A DNA stretch of 64,000 nt from Bacteroidota bacterium. GTDB taxonomy: Bacteria > Bacteroidota > Bacteroidia > Flavobacteriales_F > PHOS-HE28. The translations under genes were made by a program, and so were the position numbers. Each line of letters opens with the position of its first letter. Position 1 is the stretch's first letter. The notes beneath the pieces were generated by a model that was given only the letters and a program-made list of their open reading frames with translations, was not told where the DNA came from and made no database searches. Below are positions 49,776 through 58,688 of this stretch, in pieces. The DNA is taken from the NCBI GenBank assembly GCA_963169535.1, contig CAUJED010000118.1, forward strand, positions 22,834-86,833. Direction: 5' to 3'.

Positions 49776-49850
49776 GGTGGTAGACCGGGCTTGAACCGGC
49801 GACCTCCGGAACCACAATCCGGCGCTCTAACCAACTGAGCTACAACCACC
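49776..49850 (-). tRNA. tRNA-His (anticodon GTG) with encoded G-1, CCA not encoded
   Basis: The reverse complement reads G-GTGGTTG-TA-GCTCAGTTGGTTAGAGC-G-CCGGA-TTGTGGT-TCCGG-AGGTC-GCCGGTTCAAGCCCGGT-CTACCAC-C. It has a canonical D- and T-arm, and G-1 opposite C73 as in tRNA-His. There is one T:T mismatch in the acceptor stem (6:67). Confidence 0.75.
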
Positions 49851-49942
49851 GTATCCCACCACCAAGGCAGCGGGGCCGCAAATATAGCGTGTTACCGGGA
49901 TCCCGCGCACAATAGCCTGCTCGGAGCGTACTTTCGGCACCT

Positions 49943-51130
49943 ATGCGCAGCAGCCCGAGTGCAGCACTGGCGGCCCACCCGCACATCCTGGTCATTCCGA
50001 AATGGTGGCCCAATGTCCGGGACCCGCAGCTGGGAGATTTCATCCGTAAGCAGGTCCAGGCCCTGGCGGGGTGCACCAAAGTGACCGTGTTATTGGTGGA
50101 GGCCGACCCGGAAGCCCCCGCACACCTCGAACACGTGGAGGCCGATGGGTTGCAGGTGATACGGAGCCGTTACCACGCGAGCCGTAGCCCATTGACCCCG
50201 TGGCGCAAGGTGGCCAACCTGATCGGGTACTGGCGTGCGGCGATGGCGGGTTGGCGCATGGTGCTCTCCCGTCGAGGCCTGCCCACTCTGGTCCATGTGC
50301 ATATCCTGGTGCGCCCGGCATTGATCGCACGGTGGATCAAGGACCGGTACGGCATCCCATACATCCTCAGCGAACAGAGCAGCCAATACCTGGACGGCAC
50401 GTACCAGCGGCGTGGCCCCTTGTTCCATTGGGTGAATCGCAAGCTTTTCGCGGATGCTGCGGGGACCACCGCGGTATCGGCATGGCTGGGGGATCGATTG
50501 GTGGAGCTCGGGCTATGCACCAGCTATGACGTGGTCCCCAACGTGATACCCGGTATGGAGCGTCCACTCCCGCCCCAAGGCGCTCCAGGGCAGTTCATGG
50601 TGGTGGCCGACCTGGTGGACCGAACGAAGAACGTGAGCGGGGTGATCCGGGCGTTGGCCCAAGTGGTTGCCAACGGCGTCGATGCTCGGCTCACCATCAT
50701 CGGCGATGGGCCCGACCGCGCCATGCTGACCGGACTCGCGCAGGAACTGGACCTGGTCGATCGGATCACCTTCCTGGGGCGGTTGCCGAACACGGGTGTG
50801 ATCGACCACATGGCGCATACCTGGGCGGTGGTCATCAACAGTCGGGTGGAGACCTTCAGCGTGGTCACGGGCGAAGCCTTGGCCCAAGGGAAACCGGTGA
50901 TCGCCACGCGATGCGGGGGGCCACAGGGTTTCGTGACCGAAGAGAACGGCATCCTGATCCCGGTAGGAGACACCGACGCCTTGGCCACGGCCATGTACAC
51001 CTTGATGGAACAAGCCACGAAGTACGACCCCGAGCGGATCCGTGCGAGCGTGAATGCTCGATCCAGTCCAGAGGCCGTTGGCCAAGCCTTCTTACGGATC
51101 CATCGGCGTAGTTTGGACACCGGGAAATGA
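49943..51130 (+). CDS. Glycosyltransferase, group 1 (GT4)
   Basis: GT-B fold. The C-terminal domain has an EX7E-like motif (ETFSVVTGEALAQGKPVIATRCGGPQGFVTEENG). Confidence 0.7.
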   Translation: MRSSPSAALAAHPHILVIPKWWPNVRDPQLGDFIRKQVQALAGCTKVTVLLVEADPEAPAHLEHVEADGLQVIRSRYHASRSPLTPWRKVANLIGYWRAAMAGWRMVLSRRGLPTLVHVHILVRPALIARWIKDRYGIPYILSEQSSQYLDGTYQRRGPLFHWVNRKLFADAAGTTAVSAWLGDRLVELGLCTSYDVVPNVIPGMERPLPPQGAPGQFMVVADLVDRTKNVSGVIRALAQVVANGVDARLTIIGDGPDRAMLTGLAQELDLVDRITFLGRLPNTGVIDHMAHTWAVVINSRVETFSVVTGEALAQGKPVIATRCGGPQGFVTEENGILIPVGDTDALATAMYTLMEQATKYDPERIRASVNARSSPEAVGQAFLRIHRRSLDTGK

Positions 51131-52737
51131 ACCACAACAACGAGATCCGTATCGGCATCCTCTGCAGTGGGATGACCATGCCCGCATGGCACGCCCGGTG
51201 CATCCGGCACCTCCTTGCACAGCCTGACATCCAAGTGATGGTGTTGGGCGTACCCATCCATGGAGTTCCCTCTCACGAGGGTAGCACCCATGGTTCTCTC
51301 CGATCACGGATCCTGGCGCTGCTCTGCCCGGATGCGGAGGCACAAGAGGACCTTTCCGAACTCCTGAACACCCTACCGGTGGTAGCGATCCGTGGCGAAA
51401 GCCCCGACGCGAACGAACTGCGGAACCTGGAAGGCCATGGTGCGAACGTGCTGCTCTCCTTTCTCCCCGGCCGGATCCCCCCCCCCGGAACGCCATCACC
51501 TGTGATCTGGCAATTCGACCTCCATGGTTCGGGACTCGCCGGCGATGGGTTTCCCGAACACACGGGATGGATGCTGGAGGACGACACGGCATGCCTGCGA
51601 TCGTGGGGTTCGGACGGCACCGCGGTGAGCACCACCTACCGCACCAGCCTGCACAATGGCCGTCTTGATGTGCAAGGCATGCTACAGGCCAGCGCCTGGC
51701 TGCCGATCCAGATGCATCGTGCACGGCTCGGCCAATGGAAGGCTCCCGTGGAGGAGACCGCCGATCCAACACGCAGAAAAGAAGGGCTCTTCGACCTGTT
51801 CCGGCAATGGCTGCGCCTCGAACTTCGTCCGAACCGGGAAGTACCCGGCCGTACGGCCCGCATCGGCGAATGGAATTTGGGCATCTACCCGCATCCGATC
51901 AGCACCTTGCTCTCCGATACGCACAACACCAATGTACGTTGGCTCTCAAGTCCTTCTCCGGGAAGCCAGCGTACCGAGCCGTTCGGCTACCGGACCCCCG
52001 ACGGTCAGTTGAGCGTGCTCTATCGCAAAAGTGGCGAGCTCAATAGCAACGACAGCATAGCGCGGGTGCGCCCCCGCAACGATGGCATCCTGAAACGCTC
52101 GCGCAACATGCTCTCCACCGTGCATGCGCTAGGCTATCCGTACACCGTGGAACGGCCCGATGGCGTATATGTGGTGGTGAGCTATCCGCATCAGGACCGG
52201 ATCGAACTGTTCCGCGTGGCGGAGAACAATGAAAGTCTGGATCACGTGGGGACCTTGCTGGAACGGGCTCTGATGAACCCCACCTGTGTGGAACACGCCG
52301 GTGGTTGGTGGCTCTTCGGCACGGATATGGAAGAGCCGGACACGGTACTTCGCGCATACCACGCCCCTCAACTGCATGGTCCGTACCAGCCGCACGCACT
52401 GAACCCGGTCCGGGTCGCCGGATCGGGTTGCCGTTCTGCCGGCACCTTTTTCATCCATGACGGATATCTCTGGCGGCCTTCCGTGGACAACACGGACCCG
52501 AGAGGACCGGAGGTGATCTTCAACCGGATCAACGTGCTCGATACCGAACGCTTCCATGAGGAACCCATGCACACCTTCGCTGGCTTTCCGGGCACCAACT
52601 ATCCCAACGGCATCCGCACGGTCTGCGCCTTGGGCAACATCACCCTGATCGACGGTCTCCGACCCACCCAGGTAGGCCGGGAAGTGGATATCGAAGAGCG
52701 CCGTACGGTGCGCAAAGCCAAGGCCTATACGGAATGA
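51127..52737 (+). CDS. Hypothetical protein, formyltransferase-like N-terminal domain plus uncharacterised C-terminal domain
   Basis: The N-terminal ~130 aa (IRIGILCSG...LLAQPDIQVMVLGVP...VVAIRGESPDANELRNLEGHGANVLLSF) resemble a Formyl_trans_N/Rossmann fold. The remaining ~400 aa match no family I recognise. 4-bp overlaps with both neighbours. Confidence 0.45.
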   Translation: MNHNNEIRIGILCSGMTMPAWHARCIRHLLAQPDIQVMVLGVPIHGVPSHEGSTHGSLRSRILALLCPDAEAQEDLSELLNTLPVVAIRGESPDANELRNLEGHGANVLLSFLPGRIPPPGTPSPVIWQFDLHGSGLAGDGFPEHTGWMLEDDTACLRSWGSDGTAVSTTYRTSLHNGRLDVQGMLQASAWLPIQMHRARLGQWKAPVEETADPTRRKEGLFDLFRQWLRLELRPNREVPGRTARIGEWNLGIYPHPISTLLSDTHNTNVRWLSSPSPGSQRTEPFGYRTPDGQLSVLYRKSGELNSNDSIARVRPRNDGILKRSRNMLSTVHALGYPYTVERPDGVYVVVSYPHQDRIELFRVAENNESLDHVGTLLERALMNPTCVEHAGGWWLFGTDMEEPDTVLRAYHAPQLHGPYQPHALNPVRVAGSGCRSAGTFFIHDGYLWRPSVDNTDPRGPEVIFNRINVLDTERFHEEPMHTFAGFPGTNYPNGIRTVCALGNITLIDGLRPTQVGREVDIEERRTVRKAKAYTE

Positions 52738-54020
52738 TCCGCCCGGTGATCGGCACGATCGGCGCCCGCGTGCTCATCACGGGGACCAACCTGCTCATGG
52801 TGGCGTTGGCCGGCCGTGCCCTGGGCGCCGAAGGCCTGGGGGGCATCAGCCTGATCATCCTCGGCGTGACCCTCGTACTGATCCTGGCACACGTGGTGGG
52901 CGGAGGCGGTTTGGTGTACCTGGTACCCCGGTTCGGTGTGGGGCCGCTCCTGCTGCCCGCGTATGCGTGGGCCCTCGTCACGGCCTTGGTGGCCTTGTCC
53001 GTGGTGGGCAGGATCCCCATCGCCCCGGAAGGCTTCGCGTTCCACGTGGTGGGCCTGGCCTTCCTCCAAGCGCTCAACAGCATCCACCTGAACATCCTCG
53101 TGGCCCAGGAACGCATCGGGCTCCAGAACACGTTGCTGGTATCGCAGAGCCTGGTGCAGCTTACGGCGTTCGCCATCCTCCTGGAACAGGATGGCCCTTC
53201 TTTGATGGACCATGTACATGCCTCCTACCTGGCCTATGGCCTGGTGGTGGTGTTCTCGTTCTGGTACGTGGCGCGGACCACCTCAGGGGGCCTTGCCCAC
53301 CAACCCGGCAAACACCTACGTGCCTTGATGGTGCAGGGCGGTATCGGGCAGTTGGCGAACCTGTTCCAGCTGTTCAACTACCGCGCCGCGTACTACCTGA
53401 TCGAGGCCTTCCGTGGCACCGCGGCACTCGGCGTGTACAGCGTGGCCACCCAGTTGGCCGAGGGCACCTGGCTGGTACCCAAGAGCATCGGCGGGGTGTT
53501 GTACAGCAGGATCAGCAACCTCGAGGCGCAACGGCGCCAACTCCAGCTCACGGCGATCCTCTTCAAGGTGGCGGTGGTCTTCGGCCTGTGTTGCAGTGTT
53601 GTACTGATCGCCCTGCCCGACGCCTGGTACGGACTGCTGTTCGGGAAGGAGGTTCGCGGCCTTGGCCCTTTGCTCCTGTTGCTGGCCCCTGGGTTGGTGG
53701 CCATGTCGGGATCACAGGTCCTGAGCCACTACCTCAGCGGCACGGGGCGTATCCGACATAACATGATCGGCAGCGGGCTGGGCTTAGTGGTGACCCTGGT
53801 GGTGGGATGGCCGGCCATCTCCAGCCATGGCTTGGCAGGGAGCGCGTTCACCGCCTCGTTAGCGTATGGCACCAGCATGGTGTACCAAACGGTGGTCTTC
53901 CTGCGGATCACCGGATCGCCGTTGAGCCTGCTGCTGCCACAGGCGGATGACCTGCGCAGGGTGCGTTGGCTCGGCCACTTGTACCGTGCGAAGCGCAGGA
54001 ATGGCGGCTCCTATCTTTGA
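52734..54020 (+). CDS. Polysaccharide biosynthesis protein / Wzx-like oligosaccharide flippase (MOP superfamily)
   Basis: 428 aa, about 12 TM helices, with a typical flippase hydrophobicity pattern. Confidence 0.6.
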   Translation: MIRPVIGTIGARVLITGTNLLMVALAGRALGAEGLGGISLIILGVTLVLILAHVVGGGGLVYLVPRFGVGPLLLPAYAWALVTALVALSVVGRIPIAPEGFAFHVVGLAFLQALNSIHLNILVAQERIGLQNTLLVSQSLVQLTAFAILLEQDGPSLMDHVHASYLAYGLVVVFSFWYVARTTSGGLAHQPGKHLRALMVQGGIGQLANLFQLFNYRAAYYLIEAFRGTAALGVYSVATQLAEGTWLVPKSIGGVLYSRISNLEAQRRQLQLTAILFKVAVVFGLCCSVVLIALPDAWYGLLFGKEVRGLGPLLLLLAPGLVAMSGSQVLSHYLSGTGRIRHNMIGSGLGLVVTLVVGWPAISSHGLAGSAFTASLAYGTSMVYQTVVFLRITGSPLSLLLPQADDLRRVRWLGHLYRAKRRNGGSYL

Positions 54021-54079
54021 CCGCTGCGGGGAGAAGGCCCACGCCCCTTGCCCATGAACCCAAGCCGCCCAAGCGCCCG

Positions 54080-55009
54080 ATGAAGGTCTCGGTGATCATT
54101 CCCTGCTACAACGTCGGTGCGTTCATCGGGGAATGCCTGGACAGCATCCTAGCACAGGACCATGCCGACCTGGAAGTGCTCTGCGTGGACGATGGCAGCC
54201 AGGACGACACCGTTGAGCGCATCGCCGCCATAGCCCGAACGGCACCGCGCGGACACATCATCCGGACCATCCGCCAGGAGAACCGTGGTGCCACGGCCGC
54301 ACGCAACCATGGCCTTCGCGAAAGCTCCGGAACGTACATCCAGTTCATGGATGCCGACGACCTCCTGATGCCGCGCAAGATCGGCCACCAGGTGCGGTTG
54401 GCTCAGAAGAACGACCTGCCGGACCTGATCGTGGGCAGTTTCCGGATCATCGAAGCCGACGGCAGAGTGCAGCAGGAGCGTTACTACACGCGGCACGGCG
54501 ACCTGTGGATACACCTGATGCGCACGGACCTGGGCAACACCATCAGCAACCTGTGGAAACGCGACGTGGTGGAGCAGGTACACGGCTGGGACGAGACCAT
54601 GCGCAGCAGCCAGGAGTACGACCTGATGTTCCGTGTACTGAAGACCACAAAGCGGGTCCTCTTCGATACGGAGCTATACAGCATCGTACGGAAAAGGGCT
54701 TCGGGATCCATCACCCAGACGAACCTGGGCGGCAACTGGATCCGATACGTGAACCTGCGTACGCGGATCATCGAACACCTGCGCGACCAGCGGAGCCCGG
54801 AACAGCTCAAGGCCTTCCATCAGTTCCTGTTCGATTCGATCCGCGTGTTGTATGAACACGACCCCCAAGCCGCGCTGACCTTCCACCGCGAACAGCTACC
54901 GAAGGACTTCCATCCGACGGTATCGCCCACCACGGGCCGGAACTACCTGGCCCTGTATCGGATCCTGGGGTTCCGGAACACACAGCGGTTGTGGTCGCTC
55001 TTCCACTAA
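54080..55009 (+). CDS. Glycosyltransferase family 2
   Basis: VSVIIPCYNVGAFIGECLDSILAQ, CVDDGSQDDT and a DAD motif (FMDADDLL). The start is at MKVSVIIP. Confidence 0.8.
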   Translation: MKVSVIIPCYNVGAFIGECLDSILAQDHADLEVLCVDDGSQDDTVERIAAIARTAPRGHIIRTIRQENRGATAARNHGLRESSGTYIQFMDADDLLMPRKIGHQVRLAQKNDLPDLIVGSFRIIEADGRVQQERYYTRHGDLWIHLMRTDLGNTISNLWKRDVVEQVHGWDETMRSSQEYDLMFRVLKTTKRVLFDTELYSIVRKRASGSITQTNLGGNWIRYVNLRTRIIEHLRDQRSPEQLKAFHQFLFDSIRVLYEHDPQAALTFHREQLPKDFHPTVSPTTGRNYLALYRILGFRNTQRLWSLFH

Positions 55010-55013
55010 CGGC

Positions 55014-55733
55014 TCAGGCGAGGTCCAACAGGTCCTTCACCCCGGGCGGGCGGGTCACGGTGAACCCCTCGGCATAGGTAGCACCGATCAGGCGCCCCAT
55101 CTGGCGCGCACGTGCCTCCAGGAAAGGCAAGAAATCGGGGGTTGAGATCGGGCTCACCGGTTCGGTACTTCCAGGGTCGTGGAACTGGGATCGGAAACAG
55201 CGCAACGCCCGTTCCTTCTCCGGCCAATACGGCGTCACATCCACGATCAGGTCCGGCTGGATCCAGCGGTCCTGCACGCTGTGCAGCACCGTGGTGGGGC
55301 GCCAGGCCGGTTGCTCCCGGCCATCATCTTGGGTGGCGATCCGGCGCAAACCGCTGAGGAAACAGGCCTCGGCCACCAACGCCGCACCTCGGCCATGGTC
55401 GGGATGGCGATCCTCGATGGCGTTGGTGAGCACCAGCTGCGGACGATGTCGGCGGATCGCGACGACCACCTTCAACAGGCTATCCTCGTCGGCACGGAAG
55501 AAGCCATCGCGCAACCCCAACTGGTACCGGAAAGCGGCATCCAACACCCGCATGGCCGCATCGGCTTCCTGCTTGCGGATCTCCGGTGTGCCCCGAGTGC
55601 CCAACTCCCCAGCGGTGAGTTCCACCAGACCCACCGTATGCCCCAGGGCACGGTGGTGCAATACGGTGCCCGCCATGGCGATCTCCACATCGTCGGGGTG
55701 TGCGGTGATGCACAGGATGTCCACTTGGTTCAT
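55014..55733 (-). CDS. bshB1: PIG-L/LmbE family N-acetylglucosaminyl deacetylase, BshB1-like (bacillithiol biosynthesis)
   Basis: ILCITAHPDDVE, GELGTRG, NAIEDRHPDHGR and ACFLSGLR match the BshB1 consensus as remembered from Bacillus. Confidence 0.6.
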   Translation of the reverse strand: MNQVDILCITAHPDDVEIAMAGTVLHHRALGHTVGLVELTAGELGTRGTPEIRKQEADAAMRVLDAAFRYQLGLRDGFFRADEDSLLKVVVAIRRHRPQLVLTNAIEDRHPDHGRGAALVAEACFLSGLRRIATQDDGREQPAWRPTTVLHSVQDRWIQPDLIVDVTPYWPEKERALRCFRSQFHDPGSTEPVSPISTPDFLPFLEARARQMGRLIGATYAEGFTVTRPPGVKDLLDLA

Positions 55734-56329
55734 TTCCCTTCGATCCAATTGATCACACGTTCATCCAACGGGCTCACGGCCGACCCCATCGACATGTCCA
55801 GCACACCGTCCGGACCGATCAGGTACTTGTGGAAGTTCCACATCACCTCGGTGTCCATCACCCCGTTCGCTTCCTTGTTGGCCAACCAATGGTACACGGC
55901 ATGTTGGCCATCGCCCTTGATGCGCACTTTGGCCATCAGCGGGAACGTGACGCCATAGTTCTTCTGGCAGAAGGTGGCGATCTCCTGCTCGCTCCCAGGC
56001 TCCTGTCCACCGAAATCATCGCTGGGGAATCCGAGGATCACCAGGCCCTTCTCCTTGTACCGTTCGTACAACTCCTGGAGTTGGGCGTATTGCGGGGTGT
56101 ACCCGCATTCGCTGGCGGTGTTCACCACTATGATGCGTTTGCCACGGAACTGGTCCAAGCCCATGATCCGGCCATGGATGTCGGTAGCAGAGAGGTCGTA
56201 GAGGGACATGGGCGGAAGGGGTCTGGTGCTTTGGCCGTTCACCGGAAAGGAGACCGGCCCCACCTGCACGCGGTTGAAGCACCCCGCAACGACGAGTGCC
56301 AGGCCGATGAGGATGATCCGGATCCGCAT
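55730..56329 (-). CDS. Glutathione peroxidase-family thiol peroxidase (lipoprotein)
   Basis: Lipobox (LALVVAGC). GPx motifs are present (VVNTASECGYT, LGFPSDDFGGQEPG, WNFHKYLI). 4-bp overlap with bshB1. Confidence 0.8.
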   Translation of the reverse strand: MRIRIILIGLALVVAGCFNRVQVGPVSFPVNGQSTRPLPPMSLYDLSATDIHGRIMGLDQFRGKRIIVVNTASECGYTPQYAQLQELYERYKEKGLVILGFPSDDFGGQEPGSEQEIATFCQKNYGVTFPLMAKVRIKGDGQHAVYHWLANKEANGVMDTEVMWNFHKYLIGPDGVLDMSMGSAVSPLDERVINWIEGK

Positions 56330-56475
56330 GATGATGAGGTGGGCACGAAGTTCCGGAATGTTCCGCGCATGTCGACCGGGCACGGTCAAGGTGTGCGGCC
56401 CCTTCCCCGCCCCGTCCGGAACACCGGTGGTCCACCGGTCGCAACCCCAGGAGCATGCCCGCCGTATACGTGCAC

Positions 56476-57309
56476 ATGCGCGCACTCTGGATCCCGGCAT
56501 TCCTCACCCTCTGCTCCACTTCCATGGTCATGGCACAACACGATGCCGTGGTCATTTCGGACATCGCCCAGTTGGTCCGCAAGCCGGATCTGGCCCAGGA
56601 CCCCACCATCCGTTCAGGCATGCAGGCCGCCGGTGTGGCCGAAGAGCGGGTCCAACACGTGCTGGCACAAGGCAAAGCCGACAAACTGCCCACCGGCCTG
56701 CGCACCGACAGTGCACTTGCCGCCAATGTGGCTGCCGTGCGCAACTACACCGCACACCGGATCTGCTCCTATGCCGATGAGCAAGGACCGAAGGTGGTGG
56801 TGTACGTGCCTGCCGCCGAGAACTACCACATGCCCGAAGAACTCCGAAGTCGTGAAGACATCTACCTGGTACTCCCGGAGCCGGCGGTATCCACCGCACT
56901 GATGGACGCGCAACGCCCCAAGCCAAGCAAGGGGCCCAGCTGGCGCCGGATGCGCGAGGCACGGATCAACACCCCGGATGCGGTGTACGCCACATACGAC
57001 CTCGGTTCGGACAGTGTGGCCTTGGCCAAGCTCGCCGAGAACGGCATGAGCCCGGCCGAGATCGATGCCGTGGTGTTCCGCAGCCACGAACGCAACTGGC
57101 CAGAGGGCATCGACGCATTCGAGCACCGCTACCCGAAACTCGACGCGTTCAAGAGATACAAAGCCTTCCAAGCGGCCACCTGGGAGGACAAGGTGTTATT
57201 GGTGATCCCCGTGGAACCCAACAAACGCCAACCGGTGGGGATGCGCCCCTACTTGGACATCTATATGGTGTATGCGAAAAGCGCGGTGGCCGTGAGCAAG
57301 AAGCGATAA
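56476..57309 (+). CDS. Hypothetical secreted protein
   Basis: Signal peptide (MRALWIPAFLTLCSTSMVMAQ). No recognised family. Coding is supported by length and codon usage only. Confidence 0.35.
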   Translation: MRALWIPAFLTLCSTSMVMAQHDAVVISDIAQLVRKPDLAQDPTIRSGMQAAGVAEERVQHVLAQGKADKLPTGLRTDSALAANVAAVRNYTAHRICSYADEQGPKVVVYVPAAENYHMPEELRSREDIYLVLPEPAVSTALMDAQRPKPSKGPSWRRMREARINTPDAVYATYDLGSDSVALAKLAENGMSPAEIDAVVFRSHERNWPEGIDAFEHRYPKLDAFKRYKAFQAATWEDKVLLVIPVEPNKRQPVGMRPYLDIYMVYAKSAVAVSKKR

Positions 57310-57410
57310 CCAGGCCCGCCCGGGGATCCACCGAAGCGCACCAAGCCTTCGGTCCGGTCCTGGGCTGAACATGGCGCGCAATGGTTCCGGCGTAGTACCT
57401 TCCCGCCTGC

Positions 57411-58688
57411 ATGAACCCGGCGCACATCACCCAGGTCCTGTCCGAAGCCGTACGCGACGGCGTGATCGACCAGGACCAGGCCGACCGGCTCCACGCACGC
57501 CTAACGGGACATCCGGAACGCGGTGGCAACCGCCTGCTCTTGGTCTTCGCCATCCTCGGCAGCCTCTTGGTCGGGCTGGGCATCATCCTCATCATCGCAC
57601 ACAACTGGGACGACCTCTCGCGCGGGGTCCGTACGGCCATCGCCTTCGTGCCGGTGCTGTTGGGGCAGGGCTTGGCGCTTTACGGCATGCTGAAGAAACC
57701 GGGCATCGCCGCATGGCGCGAAGGTCCCGCCCTGTTGCTCGCCTGCGGGCTGATGGCGTGCATCGCCCTGATCGCGCAGATCCACCAGATCGGCGGCAGC
57801 CTCGATGGTTATCTCCTCACCTGCTCTCTGCTGATCCTGCCCCTGCTCTACCTGCCGGGTTCATGCACCGCGGCCATGGGCTACCTCGCCATGATCACGT
57901 GGTATGCTTGGATCGTCCGGTTCGAGGGCTTCGGCAGCTCTTTGCGGCCATGGTACTTCATCCCCCTGCTGACGGCGGCCGTTCCGTTCTACCTCGGCCA
58001 AGCGAGGCACCACGGACAGAGCATGGCGTTCTGGTGGCTCAGCCTGCTCATGGCCTTGGCCGTTGGCATCGGCAGCCAGCTCTTCTACACGGACTGGGAA
58101 CTCCCGCATGCATTGGGCCTGATGGCACTGGCCGGTGCGTTCACCCTGGTCCCTTGGCTGCACCATGGCCGTACGCTCCGTACCTGGCCATGGGTACTGT
58201 TAGGCGGCAGCACCATGCTCATCACCCTGTTCGTGTTCAGTTTCCGTCCGGTGTGGGAAGACACCTATGCCGAGGGCCACGAGGACTGGCCCATCATCGC
58301 GGGCCAAATGGCGGTGGGTGTCCTGGCCTACGTTTGGTCGTTACGGGTGCGGAAGCCGTTCGCGCAGTGGCCCTACCCCGAAGGCTGGTGGCTCTTCGCG
58401 CTGTGCTACCTCCTCGGGCTCCGATCCCCGGCGTTGGCAGCGGTGGTGGTCAATCTCGCGCTCCTGGTCCTGGGCATCATCACGGTGAAGCACGGCATCG
58501 AACAGATTTCGTTGCGGCGCATGAACCTGGGCCTCCTCATCCTATGCACCACCATCATGATGCGGTTCTTCGATGGCGACTTGAGCTTCGTGGTGCGCGG
58601 GCTGGTGTTCATCGTTATGGGCTTCGGTTTCCTGTTCCTGAACCTGCGCATGGTGCGGCAGCGTAACCAACAACGCCATGTCCCGTAG
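57411..58688 (+). CDS. DUF2157-like polytopic membrane protein
   Basis: A soluble N-terminal ~40 aa (…VIDQDQADRLHARL) is followed by about 10 TM helices. The alternative frame 57371-58666 is Arg/Pro-rich and rejected. Confidence 0.5.
   Translation: MNPAHITQVLSEAVRDGVIDQDQADRLHARLTGHPERGGNRLLLVFAILGSLLVGLGIILIIAHNWDDLSRGVRTAIAFVPVLLGQGLALYGMLKKPGIAAWREGPALLLACGLMACIALIAQIHQIGGSLDGYLLTCSLLILPLLYLPGSCTAAMGYLAMITWYAWIVRFEGFGSSLRPWYFIPLLTAAVPFYLGQARHHGQSMAFWWLSLLMALAVGIGSQLFYTDWELPHALGLMALAGAFTLVPWLHHGRTLRTWPWVLLGGSTMLITLFVFSFRPVWEDTYAEGHEDWPIIAGQMAVGVLAYVWSLRVRKPFAQWPYPEGWWLFALCYLLGLRSPALAAVVVNLALLVLGIITVKHGIEQISLRRMNLGLLILCTTIMMRFFDGDLSFVVRGLVFIVMGFGFLFLNLRMVRQRNQQRHVP

Noticed and set aside
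49560-49838. 92-aa plus-strand ORF
   Set aside because: It overlaps the 3' end of the CDF gene frame and the tRNA-His gene. Spurious.
46320-49942. Integrase or phage genes adjacent to tRNA-Ser or tRNA-His (possible integrated element)
   Set aside because: No tyrosine or serine recombinase, direct att-like repeats, or phage-like genes were found next to either tRNA. The neighbours are housekeeping transporters (nhaA, CDF) or glycan genes.
57371-58666. 431-aa alternative frame overlapping the DUF2157-like gene
   Set aside because: Its translation is extremely Arg/Pro/Gly-rich with no hydrophobic helices. The +1 frame (57411-58688) gives a coherent polytopic membrane protein.
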